Shown here: piece by piece, positions 29,012 to 39,316 of the stretch
Position numbering within the stretch: position 1 is the stretch's first letter
How the letters are laid out: the number at the start of each line of letters is the position of its first letter
Source of the DNA: Candidatus Poribacteria bacterium
GTDB taxonomy: Bacteria > Poribacteria > WGA-4E > WGA-3G
Assembly: GCA_965205015.1 (NCBI GenBank)
Contig: OZ242029.1
Span: forward strand, 1,824,001-1,888,000
Direction: 5' to 3'
DNA length: 64,000 nt
The notes under the pieces: generated by a model
Seen by the model: the letters and a program-made list of their open reading frames with translations, nothing else
Database searches by the model: none
What the model was told of the DNA's origin: nothing
Translations under genes and position numbers: made by a program

Positions 29012-30247
29012 ATGCAGATTACACAAGGGGTGACTGTCGGCTTGACAGCACTCCAACGCAACAAGTTACGCTCTGTACTCACAACCCTCGGAATTATCAT
29101 CGGTATCGCAGCGGTTGTGGCTGTTGTTTCTGTTGGCGGTGGTGCCGAACATCTTATGCTCGCTGAATTAGAACGGATCGGCGGTGCAGGGCTGATTGTC
29201 TGCTTTCGGAAAGAGGCGTTCCGTAGAGAAGATGGTTCCTACTACGAAAATAAATATCCAGAATACATTGAATACGAGGATCTGGACTTTCTCCTCGAGA
29301 ATTGTCCCTCTCTTAAAGCAGCCACAGCACTATCACAGACGAATCTCACCGTATCACACAAGCACGTGAATCAATCGCTTGAGATTTGGGGCGTGACACC
29401 TTTCTATGAAGAGGTTAATAATTGGTACGTTCAAACCGGCAGATTTATTACGGAAAGTGACATGGAACGGAGAGAACCCGTCTGTATCATCGGTTCTGAA
29501 GTCCGCAAGGACCTGTTTGAAAGGGAAGACCCGATTGGTCTTGAATTGAGAGTCGGCGAAGAACGATTCACCGTCATCGGGGTCATGGAAGAGAAGGGCA
29601 ATAGTATGGCGAGTGAGGGGTGGGATAATCGGGTAATTATCCCTCTCACCACAATGGAAATCCGTTATATCGGGCAGATGAAAGGGTGGCTCTTCTTGTG
29701 GGCACAAGCCGAGAGTTATGAAAAGGTGGAACAAGCCGTCGCTGAAATCAAAGTTGCGATGCGGCAACAACACGGAGACGAAAAATACTTTGAATTCTTC
29801 ACCGCGAAGGAGATTATAAAACAGGTAGGTAACGTCAGCCGAATTGTTCAAATACTTTTAGGCGGTGTTGCAAGCGTTGCGTTGTTCGTGGGGGGTATCG
29901 GCATCATGAATATTATGTTGGTCTCCGTAACAGAGAGAACCAGTGAGATCGGCTTGCGTAAAGCCGTTGGTGCGAAGCGTCGCGATATCCTGATCCAATT
30001 CCTCATTGAAGCCATCGTTTTGAGCGTTTGTGGCGGGCTTATCGGTATTTTCATCGGAAGTAGTCTCGCTTCTGTGTCGGGTTTGATTATTTCAAAACTC
30101 ATGAATGCGAGTTGGCCCGCTGTTGTCTCAGTCCAAGCCGCTTTGATCGCATTTAGCGTCTCCGCATTAATCGGCATATTTTTTGGACTCTATCCAGCGA
30201 ACAAAGCCTCAGGCCTCACCCCAACAGAGGCATTGCGTCATGACTAA
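29012..30247 (+). CDS. MacB/FtsX-family ABC transporter permease
   Basis: RSVLTTLGIIIGIAAVV; GGIGIMNIMLVSVTERTSEIGLRKAVGA; YPANKAS. Confidence 0.92.
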   Translation: MQITQGVTVGLTALQRNKLRSVLTTLGIIIGIAAVVAVVSVGGGAEHLMLAELERIGGAGLIVCFRKEAFRREDGSYYENKYPEYIEYEDLDFLLENCPSLKAATALSQTNLTVSHKHVNQSLEIWGVTPFYEEVNNWYVQTGRFITESDMERREPVCIIGSEVRKDLFEREDPIGLELRVGEERFTVIGVMEEKGNSMASEGWDNRVIIPLTTMEIRYIGQMKGWLFLWAQAESYEKVEQAVAEIKVAMRQQHGDEKYFEFFTAKEIIKQVGNVSRIVQILLGGVASVALFVGGIGIMNIMLVSVTERTSEIGLRKAVGAKRRDILIQFLIEAIVLSVCGGLIGIFIGSSLASVSGLIISKLMNASWPAVVSVQAALIAFSVSALIGIFFGLYPANKASGLTPTEALRHD

Positions 30248-30332
30248 AATCACATAATTTCACGCCTCCCTCGCAAAATCAAAGTTTATAGGAAATTATA
30301 GTAGAGTCAATAATTACTTGGGCACCCCGATT

Positions 30333-30390
30333 GTAGCGCAAACTGTTAGTTTGCGTGCCTCCCCTGCACAAACTGGACAGTTTGTGCTAC
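30333..30390. repeat. GTAG-type REP doublet (REPIN-like)
   Basis: GTAGCGCAAACTGTTAGTTTGCG...GCACAAACTGGACAGTTTGTGCTAC: two inverted REP hairpins. Confidence 0.7.
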
Positions 30391-30470
30391 GAATGTTCAC
30401 TTATTTTTCGGTTTTACTATAAAATAGAAAATTTGGCTTGCAAGTTACGCCGAAAAAAGGAGCACGTGCT

Positions 30471-31517
30471 GTGTCAAATCGAACAACAAAAATTCGCGCG
30501 GCTGTCGTTGGACTCGGTTGGCCCGGGATGCAACATCTCAAGGGTTATACTGCTGATCCGCGTTCAGAAGTGATTGCCGTCTGCGATTTAGATAAGAAGC
30601 AGGTCAAACAGGTGGCATCGGAGTATAAAATACCGAATACGTATACCAGCCACTTGGAGATGTTGAAGAATAAAGATATCGATGCCGTTAGCGTCTGTTT
30701 GCCGAACTTCCTCCACGCCCCTATCTCTATTGACGCGTTGAACGCTGGCAAGCATGTGCTTTGTGAGAAACCCCCTGCTCGAAGTGCACAGGAAGCAAAG
30801 GCTATGGCAGATGCCGCCACTCAAAATGGAAAAACCTTAATGTATGCCCTCGTGCAGCGGTTTGATGGAAGCACGCAGCGGTTGAAGCAGTTGATACGGG
30901 AAGGCGAACTCGGTGAAATTTACTTCGGCAAAGCAGGGTATGTCCGACGGCGTGGCGTTCCTATCGGTAAGGAAGGGTGGTTTGTCGATAAAGAACGCGC
31001 AGGCGGCGGGGCTCTCATTGATATTGGCGTCCATGCGTTAGATTGTGTTTGGTGGCTCATGAATTCTCCGAGACCCGTTGAGGTTATGGGAACCTCCTAT
31101 TCGCACTTCAGGCATCTGGTGCCTGACGACGTTAAATACGATGTTGACGATGCAACCTTTGCCCAGATCCGCTTTGAAAACGGTGCGACGATTATCCTTG
31201 AAACGACGTGGGCATTGAATCTGCCAGGCGATAATTACATTAAGGTGGCAGGAACAAAAGCAGGAGCGACGCTCAGTCCCTTCACGCTTTATACCGAAGA
31301 AAACGGCAAGGACTTGGATAAGCCCCTTAGCGCACCCCCGATTAACGGCTTTGATGAGGAGGTAAAGCACTTCGTGGCGTGCATTATTGATGGTAAAGAA
31401 CCGATCTCCTCAGCGGAACAGGGGACCATGCTGATGCAGATGCTTGATGGTATCTACGAATCCGCAGAAAAGGGGCGATCTGTGCCTGTCGCGGATTTAA
31501 GCGCCGCAACCGGATGA
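30471..31517 (+). CDS. Gfo/Idh/MocA oxidoreductase
   Basis: VVGLGWPG; KHVLCEKP; GGGALIDIGVHALD. GTG start with RBS AAGGAG. Confidence 0.9.
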   Translation: MSNRTTKIRAAVVGLGWPGMQHLKGYTADPRSEVIAVCDLDKKQVKQVASEYKIPNTYTSHLEMLKNKDIDAVSVCLPNFLHAPISIDALNAGKHVLCEKPPARSAQEAKAMADAATQNGKTLMYALVQRFDGSTQRLKQLIREGELGEIYFGKAGYVRRRGVPIGKEGWFVDKERAGGGALIDIGVHALDCVWWLMNSPRPVEVMGTSYSHFRHLVPDDVKYDVDDATFAQIRFENGATIILETTWALNLPGDNYIKVAGTKAGATLSPFTLYTEENGKDLDKPLSAPPINGFDEEVKHFVACIIDGKEPISSAEQGTMLMQMLDGIYESAEKGRSVPVADLSAATG

Positions 31518-32329
31518 AATCCCTCTCTTTAGCGTTCCAGGTCTATCTGGCGTTTGCAAAGAAAGCGTTCCAGAGACGGATGCAATATCGGGTGGCAAAC
31601 CTCGCAGGTTTGACGACCAATTTTTTCTTTCTGCTGGTGCATATCTTCGTCTATACTGCTTTCTACGCAGCGCGTACCGCCCCTCAACCCCTGAATCTGG
31701 ATGAAATTATCACCTATTTCGTTCTCTGTCAGGTTTCTTTCATGCTCATGCCGTTTTGGGGGACGCGCTCCGAAATTACGGGCGCGATTAAAGACGGCAG
31801 TATTGCGCTCCAATTAACCAAACCGGTTGACTTCCAAGCGTATTGGTTTGCCGATGAGTGCGGGAGAGCCTTTTATTTTTTACTCATGCGGGGATTTCCG
31901 ACCTTTCTTATCAGCATTCTCTTCTTTAAGGTTACAATTCCGCAGCAGCCCACCGTTTTGATAGTATTTGCAGTTTCAATGCTGCTCGCTATTTTCATGA
32001 GTAACGCTATCACGATAACAATCTTTAGCTCGGGGTTCTGGACACTGGATACAACAGGGATTTCTGGGATGTCCTATTCTATAATCACCCTATTTTCTGG
32101 AATGTTGGTTCCAATTGCGCTATGGCCCGAAGGGTTGGCACACATCGCCAGATGGCTGCCGTTTGAAGGTTTAATTGACCTCCCGTTTAGTATCTATCTG
32201 GGTAAGATTACGGGGATTGAGGTCTGGATTGCTATAGGCAAACAAATGGTGTGGAACCTCTTTTTTATTGGGTTGGGACGACTTTTCTTAACCCGTGGTT
32301 TTTCGCGACTGGTTATACAAGGCGGGTAG
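31514..32329 (+). CDS. ABC-2 family (DUF990-type) permease
   Basis: Six TM segments; IKDGSIALQLTKP; C-terminal VIQGG. Confidence 0.88.
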   Translation: MKSLSLAFQVYLAFAKKAFQRRMQYRVANLAGLTTNFFFLLVHIFVYTAFYAARTAPQPLNLDEIITYFVLCQVSFMLMPFWGTRSEITGAIKDGSIALQLTKPVDFQAYWFADECGRAFYFLLMRGFPTFLISILFFKVTIPQQPTVLIVFAVSMLLAIFMSNAITITIFSSGFWTLDTTGISGMSYSIITLFSGMLVPIALWPEGLAHIARWLPFEGLIDLPFSIYLGKITGIEVWIAIGKQMVWNLFFIGLGRLFLTRGFSRLVIQGG

Positions 32330-32352
32330 GGGCTGGGTAACCCAGCCCCTAC
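32326..32352. repeat. GTAG-type REP palindrome
   Basis: GTAGGGGCTGGG-taa-CCCAGCCCCTAC perfect stem; its TAG is the stop codon of the upstream gene. Confidence 0.75.
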
Positions 32353-32370
32353 GGCGGAATCCCCAAAGAA

Positions 32371-33171
32371 ATGCACCATCTTTCACTCTACTTCCATTTT
32401 GTCAAACTTCGTATCCGATCGCAGATGGAGTACCGGCTCTCGTTCGTCTTTGACGTATGTGCGCAAGCGAGCATTTCTGTCATTGACTTTTTCATGATTG
32501 CCCTACTCTTTAACCGTTTTAAAGAGTTAGCGGGATGGAGTCTCTGGGAAGTCGGATTCCTCTACGGCATGATTGGCATCTGCTTTGCCATCGCCGAGAT
32601 GGTGGGGAGGGGGTTTGATGTCTTTCAAAGAAATATTGTGCGCGGCGACTTTGACACAGTCCTCATCCGTCCGCTTGGCACTTTCTTTCAAGTGTTTTCG
32701 CATGAATTCCTACTCCGTCGATTAGGGAGGATCGCACAAGCCCTCGTTGTGTTTCTCATTGCTAATTCACAGTTAACTGTATCATGGTCGCTTACCAAGG
32801 TGGGGTATCTGTTGATTTCGTTGGTAAGCGGGACCTGTTTTTTTGTAGGTCTCTTCGTCATCGGCGCGACAAGTTGCTTTTGGACTGTCCAATCCATTGA
32901 GATTATTAATATCTTCACGAACGGCGGCGTTTTCATGGGAAGTTACCCATTTTCCATTTATCGGTGGTGGTTTCGGCATTTTTTCACCTTTATTGTCCCG
33001 TTGGCGTGTGTCAACTATTTTCCGTCCCTTTTTCTGCTCGGAAAAATTGGAGCATCGGGTGTTTCACCGATCGGTGTCCATTTAGCACCCTTCGCGGGGT
33101 TCCTGTTTCTCGGTATCACTGTGCTATTTTGGAGATGGGGTGTCTTACACTACCAAAGCACGGGTTTTTAA
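32371..33171 (+). CDS. ABC-2 family (DUF990-type) permease
   Basis: GDFDTVLIRP; YPFSIY; C-terminal HYQSTG. Confidence 0.88.
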   Translation: MHHLSLYFHFVKLRIRSQMEYRLSFVFDVCAQASISVIDFFMIALLFNRFKELAGWSLWEVGFLYGMIGICFAIAEMVGRGFDVFQRNIVRGDFDTVLIRPLGTFFQVFSHEFLLRRLGRIAQALVVFLIANSQLTVSWSLTKVGYLLISLVSGTCFFVGLFVIGATSCFWTVQSIEIINIFTNGGVFMGSYPFSIYRWWFRHFFTFIVPLACVNYFPSLFLLGKIGASGVSPIGVHLAPFAGFLFLGITVLFWRWGVLHYQSTGF

Positions 33172-33256
33172 TTTATTGCTTCTGGGCCGCTGCGTCCGTT
33201 GTCCTTGCGGGTTTTCGGTTAATTCGCGACTGGATTTGAGGATTTTGACATTAATT

Positions 33257-33280
33257 GTAGCATAAACTTTTAGTTTGTGC
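33257..33280. repeat. GTAG-type REP (same family as 30333)
   Basis: GTAGCATAAACTTTTAGTTTGTGC. Confidence 0.6.
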
Positions 33281-33447
33281 AGTTTTATGGTGGAGCCCAA
33301 AAACAGATAGACCCTTTCCCGTTGAAACCAAAAACGCAGCCTGCAACAATACGCAGAAATGCCCAAGCAAAAACACGCAGGCGACTCGAACACGAAGACC
33401 ACTAAAGTTCTAAATTCTGCTACTTATCCGCAAGGTAAATTAAAAAT

Positions 33448-34464
33448 ATGATTGAAGTTGACAACCTTAGCAAAATTTTCAAGGTCTATCATCACCGCAA
33501 GGGATTTTTCGGGAGTTTTGTGAACCTCTTTTCCCGTAAACACCGCATTGTCCAAGCGGTAGACGAGATTTCCTTCACCGTCAAACGCGGCGAAATTGTG
33601 GGGTATCTGGGACCAAATGGTGCCGGAAAGTCAACGACTATCAAAATGCTGACGGGCATTTTGGTGCCGACATCAGGCAGCGTGACCGTGAATGGGTATA
33701 TCCCGCATCGGCAGCGAAAGGAGAATGCCAAACACATTGGGGTCGTGTTTGGACAACGCTCACATCTGTGGTTCGATTTGCCCGTTCAAGAGTCGTTTGA
33801 ACTCTTACAACGTATCTATCGGATTCCAGAGACGCAGTATCGCTATAACGTCGAGATGTTTGACGAATTACTCAATCTTGGCGATTTTTTCCGGACCCCT
33901 GTTCGTCAGTTGAGTCTCGGTCAGCGGATGCGTGCCGACATCGCCGCTGCCCTACTCCACAATCCGGATGTTCTATTTCTTGATGAACCCACGATCGGGT
34001 TAGATGTTGTCGCCAAGGCGCGTATCCGACAGTTTATCCAAAAAATCAACGCTGAGCGGCAGGTCACGGTCGTGCTGACAACACACGATTTGGACGATGT
34101 CGAAAAACTCTGTAAGCGTGTCATTCTCATTGACAACGCGCGTCTCTGCTTTGATGGAGAACTCGCTACACTTCGGCGATTACTTTCAACGGAGCGGCTT
34201 TTGACTGTTGATTACGCTGAAGTCTACCCTGACATTAGCATCCCCAACGCACACGTTATCTATCGGGAGGGTGCCCGCGTGCAGTATCGATTCTCTCCTG
34301 AAGAAATCAGCACGGCGGATCTTATCGGGACAATCCTCCAAAGGTTCAGAATTGTAGACATATCCGTCCAGGAACCTGATATTGAGGAGTTAATCAAAAC
34401 CGTTTATGAGGACAACCTCACACTTGAACGTAAATTGACGGCGCCGATATCTCCAGACGCATGA
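33448..34464 (+). CDS. ABC transporter ATP-binding protein (partner of the DUF990 permeases)
   Basis: GPNGAGKST; LSLGQRMR; LDEPTIGLD; TTH. Confidence 0.93.
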   Translation: MIEVDNLSKIFKVYHHRKGFFGSFVNLFSRKHRIVQAVDEISFTVKRGEIVGYLGPNGAGKSTTIKMLTGILVPTSGSVTVNGYIPHRQRKENAKHIGVVFGQRSHLWFDLPVQESFELLQRIYRIPETQYRYNVEMFDELLNLGDFFRTPVRQLSLGQRMRADIAAALLHNPDVLFLDEPTIGLDVVAKARIRQFIQKINAERQVTVVLTTHDLDDVEKLCKRVILIDNARLCFDGELATLRRLLSTERLLTVDYAEVYPDISIPNAHVIYREGARVQYRFSPEEISTADLIGTILQRFRIVDISVQEPDIEELIKTVYEDNLTLERKLTAPISPDA

Positions 34465-34557
34465 GCGGATTGACTTGACAAACCGAAAATCTATAAGGTA
34501 AAATATATGATAGTTTTCACCGACCCTAATTTCTATAACCAAAAGGAGTAATTAAAA

Positions 34558-35322
34558 ATGCGTTTAAGGAATATCAGAATAGTCTGTGTACTCGCTGCAC
34601 TCCTCACGATGTTCTGCTATGTAACAGCGGCTGATGCACAAGATTTCGTAATAGATGGACTCGTTGCCATGTATACGCTCAATGAAGCGGATATCGACGG
34701 TAAAACTGTCAAAGATGTCTTTGGGGGCAAAGATGCGAAGATCGAAGGCACCCTTAAATCCGTCGAAGGTGCGGCTGATGGCACGGGAGAAGCGTTGGAA
34801 TTTGAAGGGGATAGTTACATCGAAATCCCAGCGATGGGTGAGTTTGAGCATGTGAGTATTGAATGCTATGCGCTTGAAGGACAGTTCGGCGGCATTCAAG
34901 GCATCGTATCTACATGGCAGTGGGCGGCGGGCAAAGTCCACTTCAAATTTGAGGGCAACCAAATCCAAGTTCATAAGAACGATGGTGTGAAAATCCGCTT
35001 AAATGCTGAGGAGGATCGGTGGTATCACATCATTTACACCAGCAATACCAAAGACAATGAGTTGAAACTCTATGTTGATGGTGAATTGGTTGACGAAGGG
35101 AACGCCGGCGCAACCCCGGAACTGATGGACGAACGCCGTATCGGTAGCGAACACGACGGTAGATTCCTGATCGGTATGATTGATAACGTCCGTATTTATG
35201 ACCGGATCCTTGACGAAGACGAGGTTGCACAGAATTTTGAGTCCCAAAGCGATCAATTGCCTGTGGAACCCGCTGGAAAACTCTCAGCCACTTGGGGCTA
35301 CCTCAAAGCATTGAGGAATTAA
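34558..35322 (+). CDS. Secreted LamG/concanavalin A-like domain protein
   Basis: Signal peptide; WYHI...LKLYVDG...GMIDNVRIYDRIL; C-terminal PVEPAGKLSATWGYLK motif. Confidence 0.88.
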   Translation: MRLRNIRIVCVLAALLTMFCYVTAADAQDFVIDGLVAMYTLNEADIDGKTVKDVFGGKDAKIEGTLKSVEGAADGTGEALEFEGDSYIEIPAMGEFEHVSIECYALEGQFGGIQGIVSTWQWAAGKVHFKFEGNQIQVHKNDGVKIRLNAEEDRWYHIIYTSNTKDNELKLYVDGELVDEGNAGATPELMDERRIGSEHDGRFLIGMIDNVRIYDRILDEDEVAQNFESQSDQLPVEPAGKLSATWGYLKALRN

Positions 35323-35333
35323 TAGGAATCCCG

Positions 35334-36257
35334 ATGTCTTTGCGCATTCAGAAGGCAGTTATTCCTATTGCCGGATACGGGACACGCCTTTTCCCCGCAA
35401 CGAAAGCCGTGCCAAAAGCACTCTTTCCAATTATCGCTCAGGATGGTATCGCGAAGCCGATCATTCAGCTGATTATTGAGGAAGCACTAACGGCAGGTGT
35501 GGAGGAGGTGTGTCTCGTTGCTCAACCCCAGCAGGTCGAACCGATTGCCGACTATTTTTCTGGCACCGTCGCGGACGCGATTCACGAAAAGGCGGAATTA
35601 GCTGCACAAGCGGATCGGTTAGCGGAAATAGGCGAACGATTGCATTTCGCGATTCAAGCAGCGCCGGAGGGTTTTGGACACGCCATCTATTGCGCAAAGG
35701 ATTTCGCCGCTGGTGAGCCAGTCATGATTCTGCTCGGGGATCACCTCTATATTTCCGAGTCAAATGTCTCTTGCGCGAAACAATTGGCGGATGTCTACGC
35801 ACGGGTGGGTCAATCTGTCACGAGTCTGGATCTCTGTCATGAGAGTGAACTCTCACGCAACGGCATCGTTCACGGGAGTCCTTCCGCTGAATTCCCGCGG
35901 TGCTTTACATTAGCACAAATCTCCGAAAAACCGACGGTCGAGTTCGCGCAGGAACACCTCCGTGTTGCGGGTCTCCCTAATCAACAATACCTCTGCAACT
36001 TCGGCATCGATCTCCTCAATCCCCTCCTCTTTGATATTCTGGACTACAACTACAGACACCGAATTGTGACGCATGGAGAGATTCAACTGCGGGATGCAAT
36101 GTCGGAAATGATAAAACAGGAAGGCATGTCCGGGTATCGCGTCGCAGGTAAGCGTTACGATACGGGAAACCCACAGGACCTGCTGAAGACCGTAAATGCC
36201 TTTGGATTACAAAGCCCCTATTGGGAAGGGTTTGAAAATCAAAATTATCAAAAATAG
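35334..36257 (+). CDS. galU: UTP--glucose-1-phosphate uridylyltransferase-like nucleotidyltransferase
   Basis: KAVIPIAGYGTRLFPATKAVPKAL; EGFGHA; LGDH; EKP; GEIQL; YDTG. Confidence 0.8.
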   Translation: MSLRIQKAVIPIAGYGTRLFPATKAVPKALFPIIAQDGIAKPIIQLIIEEALTAGVEEVCLVAQPQQVEPIADYFSGTVADAIHEKAELAAQADRLAEIGERLHFAIQAAPEGFGHAIYCAKDFAAGEPVMILLGDHLYISESNVSCAKQLADVYARVGQSVTSLDLCHESELSRNGIVHGSPSAEFPRCFTLAQISEKPTVEFAQEHLRVAGLPNQQYLCNFGIDLLNPLLFDILDYNYRHRIVTHGEIQLRDAMSEMIKQEGMSGYRVAGKRYDTGNPQDLLKTVNAFGLQSPYWEGFENQNYQK

Positions 36258-36289
36258 AGTGTCCCTACTATTGGAAACGAGAAAACAGA

Positions 36290-39250
36290 ATGTCAAACAA
36301 AGAAGACCTCATTACATCTGCATTCGTAAATGTACTCCGCCCTATGCGTGCTACATGGACACTTAAACAACGTCCATCGAAACCCTTTATTGAGAATAAT
36401 AAAGAACCCGATGTCATTGTCACCGAGCCAAAGCGAGATCCGATTGCTATTGAGGACAAAGTTGACAACGAGCGTAGTCCAAATCTCAATGGTGAAGGGC
36501 AACTCAAAGATGACTATCTCGGTAAGACGCTTAACACAACAGGGCGGAAGATTCGCATGGGTATTGCCGTTCGATTTCCGTACAAGTTCAGAGAGATAGA
36601 GGAAGCAAATCTTGATGCAGAAATAAAAAAAGAGCATGACATCGCTTATTGCATTCTCAGTACGGATGAACCCTATCGTTTTCCAAGAAAAGGATGGCTA
36701 ACCGGTAGCGTAGCGGACATCGCGACTGCTATCCGCGTCAGAACAATACCTATCGCTAAAATTAATGAAGCAGCGGTAATCTTGGAGCAAGGTGTGGATA
36801 ATGCGGGCGAACTCGTTGATGCAGCTATAGCAGAACGACCTGAGATCGGTAATCAAATAGAAAAAATCCTCTACCAAGAGTCCTGTCCGCAGACGACGCG
36901 GATGGCAATGCTTATTATAGGAAATGCTTTCATCTTTCAAAGTTCCCTTGCAGGAAAACCTGAACTGGAAGCAGTGCCTTCACTTAGCGGACTCCGAGGT
37001 CAAGATGGCTTACTTGATTCTGATTTGGTTTTTGACGCATGGTATACTATTCGGACAATAAACTATCGCTCTATTTATGATGTAGCAATTGGTTTAGTTG
37101 ATGCCATCGCACTTGATGACCAACTTGTCGGAAAGGTACTTTATACACTCCGCAACACCGCACGGAACTTAGAGCAAATGGGACTTGCGAGAGAGCATGA
37201 ACTTGCCGGAATAGTCTTTCAGAAATTGATTACAGACCGGAAATTTATCAAGGCACACTATACACGTCCTGAATCGTCAGCTCTTCTCTCAGCACTCATG
37301 TTACCTGAATTGAAACGCGGTGCTCGGCAGATTAAGGTGGCAGATTTCGCTTGCGGGACTGGGACACTCCTCAACGATATTTACCAGCGTATTCTTGGTT
37401 TTCATGAAAAAGTGGGTGGAAAGGGGCAAGATATCCATCGATATATGCTGAAAAATAATATCGTCGGCTGCGACATTCTGCCCAATGCTGTCCATCTGAC
37501 CGCATCCATTATCGCTAGCACCTACCCAGGCATCAAAATTGGTGACACACGGATCCATACGATGGAATATGGTGTACAGCGTCCCGACGGACAATACGCC
37601 ATTGGTGCTCTAAACCTGCTTCGCAACCCAGAAGAAACTCTGCCGATACCGATGACAACCAGCCGTAGGGTCGGTGGCCAAGGAGATAAAGAAACCGATG
37701 CAAAGCAGGAATTCAGACACAAAGAATTCGATTTCGTGATACAGAACCCACCCTATACCAAGGGAAATACAGACAAAAATTCCGAAGTCCCGAAAACAAC
37801 CTTTGGGGATAAAGATCCCAAAGTCGAAAAGGCAATGAAAAAGTCGCTTAAGGCACAGAAGGAGAAAGACAGTGTTGCCGATGGGAATGCTGGTATCGCT
37901 TCATACTTTGTTGAACTCGCTGATAAAATGCTGAAGTCCAACGGCAGAATGGGAATAGTCTTGCCTATAAACGCCATGGCAGGCGCGAGTTGGCGAAAGG
38001 TGCGGCACCTTTGGGCGAAAGGATACCGCGATGTCATTATTGTCACGATTGCGGATGCCGAAATTGAAAATAGTACCTTTTCTGCGGACACGGGCATAGC
38101 GGAGTGTCTTGTTATTGCAACCAAAGGAAAATCCAAAACCACGGGTCGAGGCACTTTTGTCTGCCTACATCGCTGCCCTGCAAGCGTACTGGAGGCACTT
38201 GAAATAGCGAGCCAGGTTCACAGGAAATCTGACGACATCCGCCAACTTGAAAGCGGCATCACTGGCGGCGATCCTATCAAGGTAGGGGCAGAGACTGTGG
38301 GCTATGTAATGGATGCCCCGCTCCCAGACTTTGAAGAAGGCTGGGCAGTTTGTCGTGTCAAGGATATGGGATTACTCCAATCGGCATATCAACTCGCTAA
38401 TGGACAGCTGAGACTACCTCGACAAACAGAACCGCTCCCGATACCAATTTGTCGGTTGTCCGATATTGCTAAAACCAGCCCCGGCCCCTTAGACATATAT
38501 GGTGATGGTGGACGTGGTGGTTTTGATGTTGAAGAGGGTTGTCCTGACACTGCGGATTATCCCTGTTTATGGCATGTTGATTCTCGGATTCAGCAGACGA
38601 TGCTTGTTTCACCTGATTCCCACGCGCTGCCTAGGCCAAACAAGGAGTCCAAAATCGCAGACATAATGGGCGTTAATAGCCGAATACATTACAGTGAAAG
38701 CATACAGTTTAACGCCGGCTCTATGTTAGTAATGTTTACCGATCAAAAATCGATCGGTGTAAATACGCTTCCAAACATTGCCTTTGCTAACGAAATCTAT
38801 GAATACGCGTGGGTATTATGGGGAAATTCAACATTTGGGCTGCTCTGTCATTGGATGCAGTGTGGCAAACAGCAGCAGGGGCGCGGTATACTCCGAAAAA
38901 CGACCTTGCGTTCTCTGCCGACCTTGGATGTCACTCAGTTGAGTCCATCTCAACTTAAGGCTGCAGAACAGATTTTCCATGAGTTAAAACACCAGCAGAT
39001 GCTTCCCTTCAACGAAATGATGGATGATCCAGTCCGGCAGAAACTGGATCGGCTACTGTTATCAAAGGTACTGGATTTAGGAGAGGACACGCACCCGCAG
39101 GTGCATGAAGGGCTTGATCTGCTCCGCAAAAAACTCTGCGCGGAACCAAGCATCCACGGCGGAAAATTGGATGCTTGTGATTTAGAGGAAGGAACACCAG
39201 AACTTATCCGTAAGGATTCAAACGAGACACAAATAGAGCTGCTTTTGTAA
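36290..39250 (+). CDS. Type IIG-like restriction-modification fusion (PD-(D/E)xK nuclease, N6-adenine MTase, TRD)
   Basis: N-terminal EPDVIV...IAIEDK; HYTRPE; motif I DFACGTGTLL; motif IV IQNPPY; long C-terminal TRD-like region. Confidence 0.82.
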   Translation: MSNKEDLITSAFVNVLRPMRATWTLKQRPSKPFIENNKEPDVIVTEPKRDPIAIEDKVDNERSPNLNGEGQLKDDYLGKTLNTTGRKIRMGIAVRFPYKFREIEEANLDAEIKKEHDIAYCILSTDEPYRFPRKGWLTGSVADIATAIRVRTIPIAKINEAAVILEQGVDNAGELVDAAIAERPEIGNQIEKILYQESCPQTTRMAMLIIGNAFIFQSSLAGKPELEAVPSLSGLRGQDGLLDSDLVFDAWYTIRTINYRSIYDVAIGLVDAIALDDQLVGKVLYTLRNTARNLEQMGLAREHELAGIVFQKLITDRKFIKAHYTRPESSALLSALMLPELKRGARQIKVADFACGTGTLLNDIYQRILGFHEKVGGKGQDIHRYMLKNNIVGCDILPNAVHLTASIIASTYPGIKIGDTRIHTMEYGVQRPDGQYAIGALNLLRNPEETLPIPMTTSRRVGGQGDKETDAKQEFRHKEFDFVIQNPPYTKGNTDKNSEVPKTTFGDKDPKVEKAMKKSLKAQKEKDSVADGNAGIASYFVELADKMLKSNGRMGIVLPINAMAGASWRKVRHLWAKGYRDVIIVTIADAEIENSTFSADTGIAECLVIATKGKSKTTGRGTFVCLHRCPASVLEALEIASQVHRKSDDIRQLESGITGGDPIKVGAETVGYVMDAPLPDFEEGWAVCRVKDMGLLQSAYQLANGQLRLPRQTEPLPIPICRLSDIAKTSPGPLDIYGDGGRGGFDVEEGCPDTADYPCLWHVDSRIQQTMLVSPDSHALPRPNKESKIADIMGVNSRIHYSESIQFNAGSMLVMFTDQKSIGVNTLPNIAFANEIYEYAWVLWGNSTFGLLCHWMQCGKQQQGRGILRKTTLRSLPTLDVTQLSPSQLKAAEQIFHELKHQQMLPFNEMMDDPVRQKLDRLLLSKVLDLGEDTHPQVHEGLDLLRKKLCAEPSIHGGKLDACDLEEGTPELIRKDSNETQIELLL

Positions 39251-39316
39251 ATGCTCTTGACGGGGAAGGCTATCTATGGTATCCTACTCGTATCTTGAAT
39301 TGTTTGGAGTTATCCA

